A stretch of DNA of 59,865 bases, counting the filler, from Bipalium vagum (Eukaryota): NCBI GenBank assembly GCA_037834085.1. It is 3 parts of 3 records of this genome, joined end to end, with 100 filler letters (N's around TTAATTAATTAA, not from the genome) between each part and the next. Parts side by side here need not be neighbours in the genome. Positions count along the whole stretch, not along the records: positions 1 to 21,262 come from JBBMKC010239865.1; positions 21,363 to 43,425 come from JBBMKC010225774.1; 1 more part is not named here. One strand, written 5' to 3'. The notes beneath the pieces are model-generated. The model saw only the letters and a program-made list of their open reading frames with translations, did no database searches and was not told the origin of the DNA. Made by a program: the position numbers and the translations under genes. Every line of letters starts with the position of its first letter. Position 1 is the stretch's first letter. Positions 13,331 through 25,968 of this stretch are shown piece by piece.

Positions 13331-13782
13331 GAATTTTATTTAAAATTTTGCTTATATATTTAAGGGAAATTTATATCATAAGTTATTGTAAATAACAGAA
13401 TGATATAAAAAGCGGAAGAATTTAAACATCAATCGAATAATTGTGACAAGGTAAAGTGGATTGCCAGATAGTCAAAGGTATATGCAATTTAGTGATCTAA
13501 AAGAATTTTCGTGGAGTTCACCGTCAAAGGGTGACAACTACTTGGTAAATGTATATCAAAGCAGATGGTAAATCATCAAACATATATGAAAAATTATAAT
13601 AATATTTAACTTTCTTTTCTAAAACATTTATAGCACTACTTAATAATGAATGGAAATTATTTTATTATCCAAAATAAATTATCAATTTGGGGTTATACTT
13701 CATTTATTGAAATCAATAAAAATTGTCATATTTGTATATTATACATGAAATAATTTCATCAGGGAAGTACTGATATTATTGT

Positions 13783-16700
13783 TTATATAAAAAAAAGAAA
13801 AGAAAACAATACAAAAACCAGGCTCGTCCACTTCACATTGGTCAATAGAATAAAAGCAGAGTTTAACTTATTGCACAAATCCGTGTAACAACAGCTTACA
13901 TAAATGAGAACATGGTTGTCCAAAAAGTACTTATCACAAAAAAACGAATACATTTGTCTGGTATCTAAATCAGGTCTAATACAATCTAGCCACGGCTTTT
14001 CATTCCAATAATATACTTGAGTGATCTAATATGATTTTTAATTAATGAACTAAATTAATGGATATATATTTATTAACCAAACATCCTGAGCAGTGATAAA
14101 ATATGACAACAGACAGGTCGGCAGCATACCCATAACATCGCATTCCTAAGCAAAAAAGAGCAATGCAGTATAGTTATCATAATTAAAATATTTGGCTAAA
14201 TTATAATTGGTTATCATAATTAAAATATTTGGCTAAATTATAATTGGTTAGCTTGTTTTTATTAGTTAATTGGAGATTACTCCAACTACCTGTTGAATTT
14301 TTCTTTCCTCATTCTGGATGTTAATCTCTGATTGATTTTTTACTAAATATGATTCATAGATCTTTCGTCTATATCAAAATTTCTCATAACTGCACTAATT
14401 TCTTATGAGTACTGTTTAGTTTGGTCAACAAAATTCATCGAATAATCTAAGACTTTACTGGTTCTGCTTAATTGCGAATATTCTTTAGTGATTGTCTTTC
14501 CTATATAGATTATTACATCAAGCGCATTTACATTAATACACGATACTAGGTTATATATTTAATTGTTGGTGTTTTAAATAATTCATTGTTTTCCCATTTA
14601 TTAAAATTACTTTTATATTTTCACGTTCCACGGGTTTTTCTTCTTGAAGGTTCTATATCTTTTTGAAAATGATATTTTATTATACTATTTTATATTCTTC
14701 TCTTTGATTTTCTTTTAAGTTTTAATAAGTTTATCCTTTCTTTCTGAGTTATTATTTTTTTTAATCCTATCATTAATAATATTTTCTACCTACCTGTTTT
14801 TTACCTGATATCAACGACTATAATCTATGAATTAATAATTTTATTAAGCCATTTTTATATGATATATATATATATATTCCTTTATGTTTAAAAGTTAATA
14901 AAATCAAAAATTTCTTAAAAAAAACAAACATATTTCTAAAAATTTCAGTTATTCATATTCTGTTCTGTTTTATTACCAATAAAATAAATTTGAAAAAATT
15001 TTATATATTTTGTTAATAATAAATCAAATTTTTAAAATTTTCTTTTATTCTTGTACTTTTTTACTTTCTTATTAATTATTATTATTATTTCTAATATACA
15101 CCTTTTTAAAAGCTCAATGTGAAAAAGGACTAATTAATAATAAGAAAGTTTCTCAACATGCAAATTTTAAAAAAACAGAATAATTTACTTCGTATGAGAT
15201 ATTCTAAACAAAACATAATAAAAAATAATTACTGTATATAAAAGTTGTTTCATCTACGGTTGGATATTTTATGGTATTGATATTAGGTTTGACAAGAATT
15301 CCGGTATTGGAAGTTATTGAGTTAGGGTTTACTTTACCTTTTATATTAGAGCCGATAGGAGTGGAAGTATGTTTCTTGAATTTTGCTGATCTCGTTGCCA
15401 AGGCTAAAGAAATAATATTGCCTTTATTTGATATGCCTGACGTTTTTTTGCTACTATTTTTTTTGATAGGTGTATTTGTAATTCCTTGACCTAAAATTTA
15501 TAAATACATAAATCTTTTTTATACTATGACAGTTTAACATGTTCCCGAAAAATAAAACAAATGATGATATAGTCACAACACAAATTTTACTAGTCAATAC
15601 AAGAATTTCAGTATTGAAAGTTATTGTATTAGGGTTTACTTTACCTTTTATATTAGAGCCGATGGGAGTGGAAGTATGTTTCTTGAATTTTGCTGATCTC
15701 GTTGCCAAGGCTAAAGAAATAATATTGCCTTTATTTGATATGCCTGACGTTTTTTTGCTACTAATTTTTTTGACAGGTGTATTTGTAATTCCTTGACCTA
15801 AAAGTTATAAATACATAAATCTTTTTTATACTATGGTAGTTTAACATGTAAAAACAAAGTAAATCAAATGTCAATCATACTGCCTGCGGTAATATTATTA
15901 AAAATCCCATCAATATCAATATAAGAGTTACAGGTTGTCCACTTTCTATGCTTCTGTTTAACATTGGTATAAATCCAATACTGAATGGCTTAGACAAAGT
16001 ACTATGTGGTGGAACTATGATAAGTGAATTTAGATTGAGTTGTTTGGCTTATGCAGATGATCTCGTCCTTCTAAGCACAACTCAACTTTTTATGTAAAGA
16101 CTAGTAGACCGAGCGGTGAAAATTTTCTCATGGCCTCACCTGAAATTTCGACCATCAAAATGTGCACATCTGAGAGTTCAAACAAGAGATGGAACACAAT
16201 CTCTTTTAGCAATAGAGTCTACTCCAATTGATACACTTTCCATAAATCAGTCATATAAATATATAGGTGAAAAACCTAATTTCCCTCCGTTCTCATTATT
16301 ATCCGATGTCATTCACCAGCTAACCGAAATCGCAAATAGTATTCTCTACCCCTGACAAAATTGCAGGCATATACAATCTTTATCACAGCAGACTCCTTTT
16401 TTTCCGCAACTGTTACTTTTCTCTTACAGATCTGACACACGGAAAAGATACCATTGAATCAAGTGTCCGCAGAATAATTAAACCAATTCTTGGCCTTGGT
16501 CGTCAATCATCTATTAAATACTTTTATTCTTCTTTAAAGGTCGGAGGAGTTGTCCTGGTCTCAATCTTAGATACAAGGCTTTCAATTACTGACCTCTGAT
16601 GATGACATCAATGCAAATATTTCTTTTTCTTCTCTTTGTAATTCGACCAAAATCTCAACAGGTTCCAGCAAAAGTATATGTCAATGTTGAGAGTCAACAC

Positions 16701-18330
16701 ATTCAATCAACATTGCACATTGACCTGTAAATTGAATTCACGAAATCAAAAAAACTATTTTTAATCAATGTCAAATTCCCATTTGTTACTGAAAAGGACA
16801 TGTATTATAAACATTATCAGAACCTAGCTCACTACGATGATCTAACGACAAGAACTCAAAAAGCACTTCCAGAATGGATCGTTGAACTAGATTCCTTTAT
16901 CGTTGGTTGTTTAGGGTCATGGCCAAAGAGGAATAACACAATACTATCAAAACTGGGGCTGAAGAAGAAAATCATCAATACAATTGCCTCATTCTGTGTC
17001 TCTTCAAATATTACATGGAGCACCGCACAATGGGCCTTTCATCGAGATAGGTCAATGTCAAGTTTGGTTGCTTCGAATGCCGATAAAATAGCTGATAACA
17101 TGATGATCGACCACAATCACACCGACGACAATGAAGACAGCTCTATTATGAACTATTATGAACATTATCTATTATAAACTATTGACTATAGCAATAACTA
17201 TCTGTGATACTTAACCATATTCGGTGTTATTGTATTGTATAAAGATCTTAATTGTATTTATCTAGCACGTAAATTTTTTTTTGAAATAAAATTTTGTATA
17301 TTTTTTGGAAAATCAATAATCTTACCGGAACTTCCACCAAGAATTTTTGAAGATCTATTTCTAGTTGAAACAAAAAGGTTGGTGGTACTTTTGTTAAATT
17401 TTACTGAGCTTCTAGTGAAGGTGGAAGAATTTTTGTTCTTTATGGATGTAATTGATTTGTTCTTATCTTTTGAAACTGTATCAACTATCATTGAATTTGA
17501 AATTATATATAATGTCATATTATTAATTTATTATTAAATTAATTAATTATTAATTTAATATAATTATAAAAAGTCTTATTTTTTATGTGGATTATTCTCC
17601 AGGTTAAAATCACCTCGTAAAATATTTTGAACAAATAATATACGGCCCTTTTGTTAATATTGTCATCTTCTTTGGCTTTCATAATATTTAGAATAACTTT
17701 AGCCACAGTATGACCTGGTTTTAACTAGTACAATAATTCTCGAACCAGATTTTTCATGAAGTATAATGGGTGTTAAATTTCGTTAAAATATTGTAAATGC
17801 TTTCCTGATATACGTAATCAACCAATTATTACTAAAAAAATTATCAGAAAATTTATATAAAATATATTATTTCAAAATATGAATATATGAATATACATTA
17901 TGAATACAAAATATTACAACACTAACTATAAAAATTCAGTATTCCTAATATCTTGTATTAACTAAACTGTGCTATATGACTACTGCACCTGCTCACGGTT
18001 TGGTTTAGTAGTTCAGAAGGAAATAGTTCGCGCAAGACAATAAACTGTATTATCAATCAAATACAATAACAAGATTACACAAAAAATGTCAATACGCTTC
18101 TCAGATGTGATCGATCATAACACGTCTAGCTCCATCTTAATAGAAATTCAATAATTTTTTGTCCTTCCGCTATGTTCACCAAGATTATTTTTATTTAAAT
18201 TTATTTCATAATTAAATGATTATTATCATATTGCAAATCTTTTTTAATTATTATAATAATTATTTTCATCATTTTAATTGTTGGATTTACCCAAGACACC
18301 TACCCAGCAAGTAATCTTGAGAAGGAGCAT
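13783..18330 (-). CDS. Mucin-like-Ly6/uPAR GPI-anchored protein, copy B (~324 aa); exons 18330-18291, 17484-17326, 15797-15591, 15490-15233, 14145-14078, 14025-13783
   Basis: All junctions are GT-AG and frame-compatible. Hydrophobic leader MLLLKITCWVGVL, three stop-free S/T/K/N-rich phase 1-1 exons (159, 207, 258 nt), LU domain with CCYTDLCN and a GPI-type tail. First exon/start codon is uncertain. Confidence 0.7.
14173..14250. repeat. Perfect 37-bp tandem duplication in the intron next to the LU exon acceptor
   Basis: gttatcataattaaaatatttggctaaattataattg occurs twice in tandem. Confidence 0.95.
14280..14560 (-). mobile_element. Penelope-like GIY-YIG endonuclease relic
   Basis: VY*CKCA*CNN..YIGKT pattern. 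Confidence 0.45.
15291..15848. repeat. 307-bp-period tandem duplication of an exon plus upstream intron of Ly6 copy B
   Basis: 15291-15541 is nearly identical to 15598-15848; acceptors at 15491 and 15798 are 307 nt apart. Confidence 0.95.
15850..17250 (+). mobile_element. RLE-type (R2/NeSL-like) non-LTR retrotransposon, 5'-truncated and deleted, antisense within an intron of copy B
   Basis: GCPLSMLLFN, LAYADDLVLL, LKFRPSKCA, YKYIG, INVKFPF and FIVGCLGSW motifs. Confidence 0.8.
17580..17760 (-). mobile_element. mariner N-terminal HTH fragment
   Basis: MKNLVRELLY..KPGHTVAK...LFKNILRGDFNLENNPH. Confidence 0.55.
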
Positions 18331-19925
18331 TAAAACGGTCCATTTAATACTACTAATAATCACGAAAATAATAATTACAAAGTTAATTAACCATAAAAAG
18401 CAATAAAAGAAATAAAGAAAAGTACAAGAGATTTTTATTTTGAAAATACTTAACATATAAGAACCGCACTTAGAAAGTAAATTTATTTTGTAAGGGGTGA
18501 TTTTAGAATAATTATAGTAATTAAAAAAGAAAAATAAAAGGAAAAGTGAAAATTGTATGGAATTTTAGCTCTTTTGAAGATGTTTTTAAGATTTTTAGAT
18601 ATTTTCAAGAATAATCTTCAAATCAAGATCAAGATAAGAAAAGTATATAAGCTGAGAAATTTCAGTAGACGTTCGCCCTGGAAAATTGTGCAAGAGTTCA
18701 CTAACAAAGCTTTTAAAAGGTTTATAAAGAAGATTTTGCAGGAAGTTTGATATTGACGACGATTTTGGAGCGAAGATTTTTTGCAGAGTGATTATTATCA
18801 ACAATTACAAAAGTTTGATTATGAAGATTCTTCAAGAATTTTTTTATTAACGAAATACTTTTTTTAATGAAAGTTTTCTTCGGGTTTTGTTTAAGTCCCT
18901 CATCACTGAGCAACTGTAAAGGATCAGCTGATAGTTCAGGAAGCTTGAATCGTAAGATCTTTTTGTTTTGTTTTCTTTAACGTTCTTAATTATTATTATT
19001 CGATAATTATTATTTAAGTTTGATTCCTGTTTTTAATTATTATTAATTATTTTCATTAAATTTATTAAGTATTTTTTATAATTAATTGATTATTTTAATA
19101 TAATTTTCAATTAACATTCTGTTTTGATTGATTTGATTCAATATTACCTAAGACATTTGAGACATGTTAGAAATTATTGTGATTTCTTTGTTGAGTTTTG
19201 AGTTTTTTTGTAATTATTATCACTGAGATTTTGTATGAGTTTGTAATATAAATAAAACTTATTGGTTTACTAATTGTTGTTATTTCGCACCACCTAAGAT
19301 TTGGAGTCAGGTTTAAAGTTTGATACACTAAATATTGAATATAATAAGTTATTATTATTATGATAATCATTAATATTATAAAGAGTGGTTCTAACATTAG
19401 TGTGCTTGAATTTTTTTAAAATAAGCACCTCACACCGAAATTAACAATTATTAAATGTTTTTAATTTAAAGTTTTTAAAAATTATAAAGTTACGGTTTTT
19501 TAAAATATTTAAATAAATGGTAAATGTTTATAAAGTAAATAACTTAATTTTAGAAAAAGGAGAGGTCCATTTTTGAAAAGTTTAAGAAATTGGATTTAAT
19601 GAAATATATTATTATTGCTTTAGTCTTATATTATTATTAAAAAGGACAACACAAGAATATAACTAGTATGAAAATCATACTCTCTAAAATTTAAATCTTG
19701 TTCTGTACTCTAAATCAGAAATAGTTAAGAAAATAGCCAAATTAATCATAAAGATAAATAATATTTATTTTATTATAAAATATTTAATTAAGTTTACTTG
19801 TAGACATCATATTAGTAGTAGTAGGACACCCTTCTCGGTCTACAAAAATAATGTAACATATATTTTTATTTGATAATGAAGAAAGGTAAAAAACCAAAAG
19901 ATTTTCAAAAATAGTTACAATTAAA

Positions 19926-21135
19926 CAGGGTGCGTCAGCTATTTGAGGACAAAAATTGTTAAAATATATCATGATAATTTTTTTTAGTGGTGCTGAAATT
20001 AATTTCCAATAATTATTTATTAATTTAGAAATGAAAGAGATAACTTTTGAATTAACACAAGAAATGAAAAGGCATGCAGTTATTGTTGCATTAGCCACCG
20101 GACACAGAAATTTCCAAATTTCTAAATGTGGCCAAATTGTTTGTCAATAAAATTAGAAAGGAATGTTTGACAACTGATCAGAATTTTTCCTTTATATCTA
20201 AAAGAAAACACATTCCTCACGTTCAGGCATTGTCAGAAATGCTAATTTTGTTCATAATGTTCAGGATGTTGTTCATGAAAGTCCCAGAACATCAGTGAAA
20301 GAAATTGCCCATCGACTATCGTTTTTGAGTCAACAGTAAGACGAACGGTACACAATGATTTAAAATGCAAGTCCTACATCATGAGAACAATATTTTGTAT
20401 CTGCAAAAAGCAAAGAAAATCGTTTAAGACGCTCGAAGTGTCTTTTAAACAAAATCAAGCATCCTGATCATCCAAACATGCTATGGTTCTTTTCTGATGA
20501 AAAACTTTTTACTCAAGATCAAAAGGTTAATAGAAGGAACGATCGATGGCTATGCTCCAGAGCTTCTGAAGTCCCTGATGTTATGCACACCAAGTTTCCA
20601 TCATCTTTAATGAAATTGGGTGTTGTGATCAACGAAGGTCATATTAGGCCTCCGTATTTCTTACCACAGGGACTTACAATTAATGCATCTTTTTATATCG
20701 AGTGTCTGGATACATATGTGAAGCCCAGGATTGAAAAAGTTGCCCCCGGAAGGCCTTATGTATTCCAACAAGACTGAGCTCCCTGCCATACAGCATTAAA
20801 AACAAAAACTTGGCTATTCCTAAATTTTAACGACCATGTCACTACAAACTTATGGCTATGGAAGAACAAACATCCTCATAATACCAAAGATTCATTACGG
20901 GCTTCTATATTCTGCTATGATAAATATGAACAAAAACCATTTGATCGCGGCTTGTAAGCTTTTAAACAGCCGTCTTGTAGCTGTAATTGACACTGAAGGC
21001 GATTTTATTGAATAGATAAAACTTGAGTACCTAAAAAAAAGTTTCTAGTATTGCTTAAAATTATATATTCTTTTCATTAAAAATATTACTTATCTTTAAT
21101 ATCAATTTTTGTTCTCAAATAGCTGAGGAACCCAG
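19926..21135 (+). mobile_element. maT (DD37D-type) Tc1/mariner element with both TIRs
   Basis: ~33-bp TIR CAGGGTGCGTCAGCTATTTGAGGACAAAAATTG with its imperfect reverse complement ending at 21135; FSDEKLF..NRRNDRWL and GRPYVFQQD; third-D region deleted. Confidence 0.85.
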
Positions 21136-21262
21136 TATATTCTTGATTTATTTGATATGTTGCTTACAAAAAGTCTAAATTTTAAGTAAACGTATATGTT
21201 TTATTTATTTTTCGTTAAATAGTATAGAAATATCAGAGTCTTCTTTTAAATAAAATGTACTG

Positions 21263-21362
21263 NNNNNNNNNNNNNNNNNNNNNNNNNNNNNNNNNNNNNN
21301 NNNNNNTTAATTAATTAANNNNNNNNNNNNNNNNNNNNNNNNNNNNNNNNNNNNNNNNNNNN
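21263..21362. other. Assembly gap with artificial six-frame-stop linker
   Basis: N run with central TTAATTAATTAA. Confidence 0.97.
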
Positions 21363-22099
21363 CAAGATAAGTTAAACTTAACAAATATATAATAATTTTA
21401 TATAATAAATATATATATATATAATAAATAATTGATCCGTTATTATTTCTATGTATTGGTGCAAAGAATTGCCGTTGAACTGAGGCTTGTGTTGACAGTG
21501 ATAATACCACTTCCTGTTCTGTCATAACTAATGAGAAAACGATCACTATTTCTAACATCATATCCATGATAAAATAGATTCTAATTTTACGTCTCTGGCA
21601 CTATTTATAGGCTCTAACCAATATGAAATAAATCTTGATTTGACATAAATATGACTTAAATCTTAATTGATCTGGATCATGGTTGACACAAAGCACTTAT
21701 AAATATTAATAAATTGATAGGAAAATACCAGTGTTTTTTCCTTTATGCAGATCTCTTTGATATAAAGAATGTCTATGTCAAAAACAGGAGATTCTTTGAA
21801 AACTAAATAGATTAGCAAATTAAAATGAGAAAATAATGAAATTAAAAATTACACTGTTTAAGTCGACTGTCAGGTATTGATAAAATCATAAAATGAGAGA
21901 TTGACAAACTGAAACCAGCCAACAAGACCGGAGAGAAGACAAGTTATCATAATAATTCTATTGTCTAATTAGTAATTATGTTATTGTGTTACGTAACGTA
22001 ATTTATTCATTAAATATTTTATTGAACTTTGTATAACTTGATACACTTCAATCATTAACCATTCGTAAAGCGAGGCCATTGATAATACAGGTGATTGTT

Positions 22100-23250
22100 T
22101 ATTATGCCGCTACAGTATGAAACCCTTCGAAATTTTGAACGGTTGACAAAGTTAACAGAGAATTTTATTTGATAAAATTTACAGAGTGGAAGATTATTTC
22201 TTAAAAATCCAATTCATTTGTTCGGCTTATTTGATTATTCTTTGAGAGAAAATAGACTTAATTAACGCTTCTCTTAATTCTATTTAGAATTCTTAATACG
22301 TAATTAATTTATTTCTTATTATCTATGATTACCATTTCTGAAATTCTAAAATAAAAACAATAGAATGTGATGTCATTGTATCACATGATATTGTAAATGA
22401 TGTGAGTTCAATGTTCCCTAGGGTGACATGTTAGATTATCGTATTTATTTCATTAACCTTGGATATTTTTGAAAGAAATCAAAGAAAACCTGCATTTTAT
22501 ATGGTTTTGCGATGAGGAATTCCGAGACCCTAAGCAACAGAGACAGAGATAATAATATTAAAAATTAGATTCCCACTTTTGTGTTTTACCGATTGGTGGG
22601 GCTTCAGTATTTTTTATTATTTTAATCTCTTCGTTAATTTCATTTAAGATCAAAATAATTTTCGTCTTAATATAATTATATTCTCCGCTTACTGTCTTCT
22701 GTATGGGGATTTTTCATTCAATAAAAAATTGTTTGTTGAGCAACTATTTCTGCCCGCTTGTTTTGTTTTTTTCTCTTTTAGTAGCGAAAGGTTTCATTGT
22801 CGGCTCTTTTTCTTTTCATTCTCAACGTCCCTTGGGTTTCCATATTGCACGCATAACCTGCATATTACATATTTTTACATTCATCTTTCAAAACTAATGG
22901 AGTCAAATAAAACATTTTGTGATTAAACAATACATTAATTCATTTAATCCAACCCTTCATCAGATATGATTACAATACCTGTCAAGATAATGCCTATTGG
23001 CTTGTTTAATTTATATGATATAAAGTTCAAAAACCGCTTAAGTTCTACCAAAGAGCTTTCCGTTATAAAACTAAAGCTAACTTCGGCTAATCTTTATCCT
23101 AACTTAAAATTTTACTACAAAAAAAAGAATATCACTTTTAAAAATACCCATTTATTCTATATTCAATTTTCATTTTCTAATGCTTTATATCTAAATTTGA
23201 TTTTCAGTTTTCCAAAAGAAAAATCTTAAATAAGAAACGTAGAACTCACA
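22100..23250 (-). mobile_element. Highly decayed LINE-like (APE/RT) relic
   Basis: Weak VFFDF, VPQG-like and ANK.IGFLR-like motifs. Confidence 0.3.
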
Positions 23251-24113
23251 TTTGAAGACTTAAACCAAATGAAATAAGAATGAAATTATTTTAACTTTTT
23301 GCTGTTGATAGTGACACTACATGAATAAATTAACTAATTCTACAAGCAATATATAATATCTTATTCATATCTTTGAAATAATTGATCTTAATTTTCTAAT
23401 TACCCTAACTTCTTTCACTTGTCAATTGTTTCAAGTGTATAAAGTCAATAAAATTTGATCAGTTCAACTTAATTCCGATTCTTAATTAATAATTCTTAAA
23501 TATTAAGCAGTTATTAAAATAGAACCATTTAAAATAAAAATTTTGATATATGAACCATTGTAATTACCTATCAACCAAGTTTTGATTAAAACGTTAAAAA
23601 TGTACCAAAGATTTCCAATTCTCGTGAATTAAGACCACACAATTAAATTTCTCGTAAAATATAACCATTGTACCTGTGGTTGACACTGAAATAAAGATTT
23701 TTGAACAAATATATTTAATAAAGGTAACTCTTAAAAAGTAATTTCCAGGTCTCCAATAAATACAATTAAATTTGAGTAAGTGGCACTTAAGACTTCCAAT
23801 CACCTTAAGATATCGATTAGATTATTTTACAACTTGCAAACATGAAAGCTCAGAATTATAAAAGCAGTTGTACATTGCAAATAATTTGATATGCATCAAC
23901 TACAATTTTTATTAAATCACAATTTTGTACATGTATATTAAATAATGAAATAAATTTCAGAAAATGAGCAAATCATTAGAATCATTATTCTTGAGATACA
24001 AATTTACGAAACCAGATCACCAAATTTCTTTAATAAAAAATTGCAAAATAGTAAAAACATCGTTGCAAACGTATTAAATGTTCAAGATAACGGGGCAGAT
24101 CTATTTGGAGAAC

Positions 24114-24395
24114 TTAATCACATTTGTCCTTTCTTTTTGAGAACCAACCCGCTCTTTCGTCTGAATTTCTATTGTTGAGATTGGCACTTTGATTAACATC
24201 ATCAATATTTTCATTAGTTTTACCACGCCACGGAATATTATTATAAATAACTGATGATCCTGATTTGACAATTGTAAAGCCTGTAGAAGCTACTCCACAC
24301 ACACCCCCAACAATTCCAGTTCCAATTTTATAAATAAATCCAGGATTTGAATCCGCAGGTTTGATTTCACTATTGTCTTCAACTTTCTTATTCAT
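24114..24395 (-). CDS. TMEM263: TMEM263 (C12orf23/UPF0444)-like protein, 93 aa, single coding exon
   Basis: Intact ATG-TAA ORF; PGFIYKIGTGI, GSSVIYNNIPWRGK and C-terminal KRKDKCD mirror TMEM263 PGMLSRVTGGI / VGSAVVNKVP / KKKDKSD. Confidence 0.8.
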   Translation of the reverse strand: MNKKVEDNSEIKPADSNPGFIYKIGTGIVGGVCGVASTGFTIVKSGSSVIYNNIPWRGKTNENIDDVNQSANLNNRNSDERAGWFSKRKDKCD

Positions 24396-25968
24396 TATTA
24401 AAAAGTGAGGTACAAATAAAATATCAAATGTCTACGTCAATAACATTTATTTAAACAAGGACAAAATAATATTTACTTTTAATTCTATTAAAATATGAAT
24501 TTAAAAAATGTCATAAATTAAGATCACTAGATTAATGTTGAAGATCGTTTTCAAAAATTAAAATTTTTAACCTAAAATATATAAATTTAATATAAATAAA
24601 ATAAAATTACTTTTTCCAAAAATATTTTTACAGCTTCCATATTGAATTGGTTTCGATTCATAGAATCATTAGTCTAGATATTGAAATAATTTTTAAATTA
24701 ATAAATTCTAAATATATGAAAATATATATAAATTCTTAAATGAAAAGAAAAATTAGTAAAATAACTGGGTTTTTCTTATGATTTTTTTATTTTCCTTTAC
24801 AGGTGAACTACATTGATTTGGAACATATTAGATACTAAATTCGTTTTACTGAACTGTCTATTTGCTTTACACAATTTGTCTAGCAGAATCTCATAATAAA
24901 AATACAAAAAAACATGCATAATTATTGTTTTTCAAAAATAATTTTCGGGACAGTTTTAGTCAAATTAAGAATTGTCGACTTTAATATATTTAGACATCAA
25001 TAAGTCTTAAATAATATCGCTTAGAAAATAACATTTATCATGCGCAGCATCGCTTCATGTGATTTCTTTACTTCAAAAGTTCTCCCCACCCTCCTTAAAA
25101 TTCCTTTCCGTCAATAGTCTTACTACAGCATGTTGGTAAAGCAAACAATTGACACGAATCTAATGTACAGAAATGTTCTATGATTTAGAGTTAGATAAAT
25201 TATGAATTAACTTTAACACCAAATAAGGACTTGAATCAAACATGCAAAAAGTTTTGCAAAGCAATGGGGCTTAATACAAATGTAGACAGGAATCAAATAA
25301 TTTAAATTGAAACATACGACAAATAATTGATTATCTGTAAAGATTTCTATTAATATTAATAAACTTCACTTATATATATGCGTACTTTTACTTAAAGTAA
25401 GATATTAAAGTTTAACTAAATCATCAGAAATACCAAAATATTAATACGAAATTATGAGGTACTGTTTTCCTTCATCATATTAGAAGAACAAAATTCCATT
25501 TTTTCACTTTAATCGACATATTTTCTATTTCCATTCAAGGATAAGTGGCAGTCAGAAAAAAGAAGATAAATTAAAAATTTATAATACTAAAATGCAACTG
25601 AATGAAAACTGACTAAAATCATTAGTTATAATATCCATGACATAATTTTAGTAGGAAAACTAGGGCGAAAAGAAATAGAAAGTTCTACAAATACAAAATC
25701 CTAAAAAGTTACCATCAGTGGAAATATTCCAATCCACACAAATTCCTTTCAATTAAAATCAATAAAATTAATAAATATTAACTGGTTCTGCTATTTTAAA
25801 TTGTATGTGAACCATAAATTGAAGATGTCGACATTTTAATTTTTAGAACGGTGTCTTCAAGTTTCATATTTTTATCATATTTTGTACTGTTTTTAAAGTT
25901 TGTTGTTTTCAAAAAATGAGATTTTTTTAAATAAAAAAATTTTAAAAAATAAAAAAACAAAAATGAAA

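Larger units (their letters stand above)
8532..13697. repeat. Inverted duplication: ~8438-8885 (+) versus ~13697-14145 (-); near-identical core 8532-8840 / 13741-14049
   Basis: Direct base-by-base comparison shows 2 mismatches across the 243-nt last exon. Confidence 0.95.

Noticed and set aside
14459-14545. Extra phase 1-1 exon of copy B
   Set aside because: Better explained as a Penelope GIY-YIG relic (C..C...YIGKT).
15271-15796. Two hydrophobic plus-strand ORFs (and 17235-17537) as membrane proteins
   Set aside because: Antisense to the spliced S/T/K-rich exons of Ly6 copy B.
1581-19169. Alternative genetic code (TAA read-through) suggested by in-frame TAA in exon-like segments
   Set aside because: TMEM263-like, PAAT-like, ALKBH3-like and both Ly6 genes end with TAA, and their exons contain no internal stops.
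21868-22089. Solo LTR (TG...CA)
   Set aside because: No matching target-site duplication and no second copy in the window.
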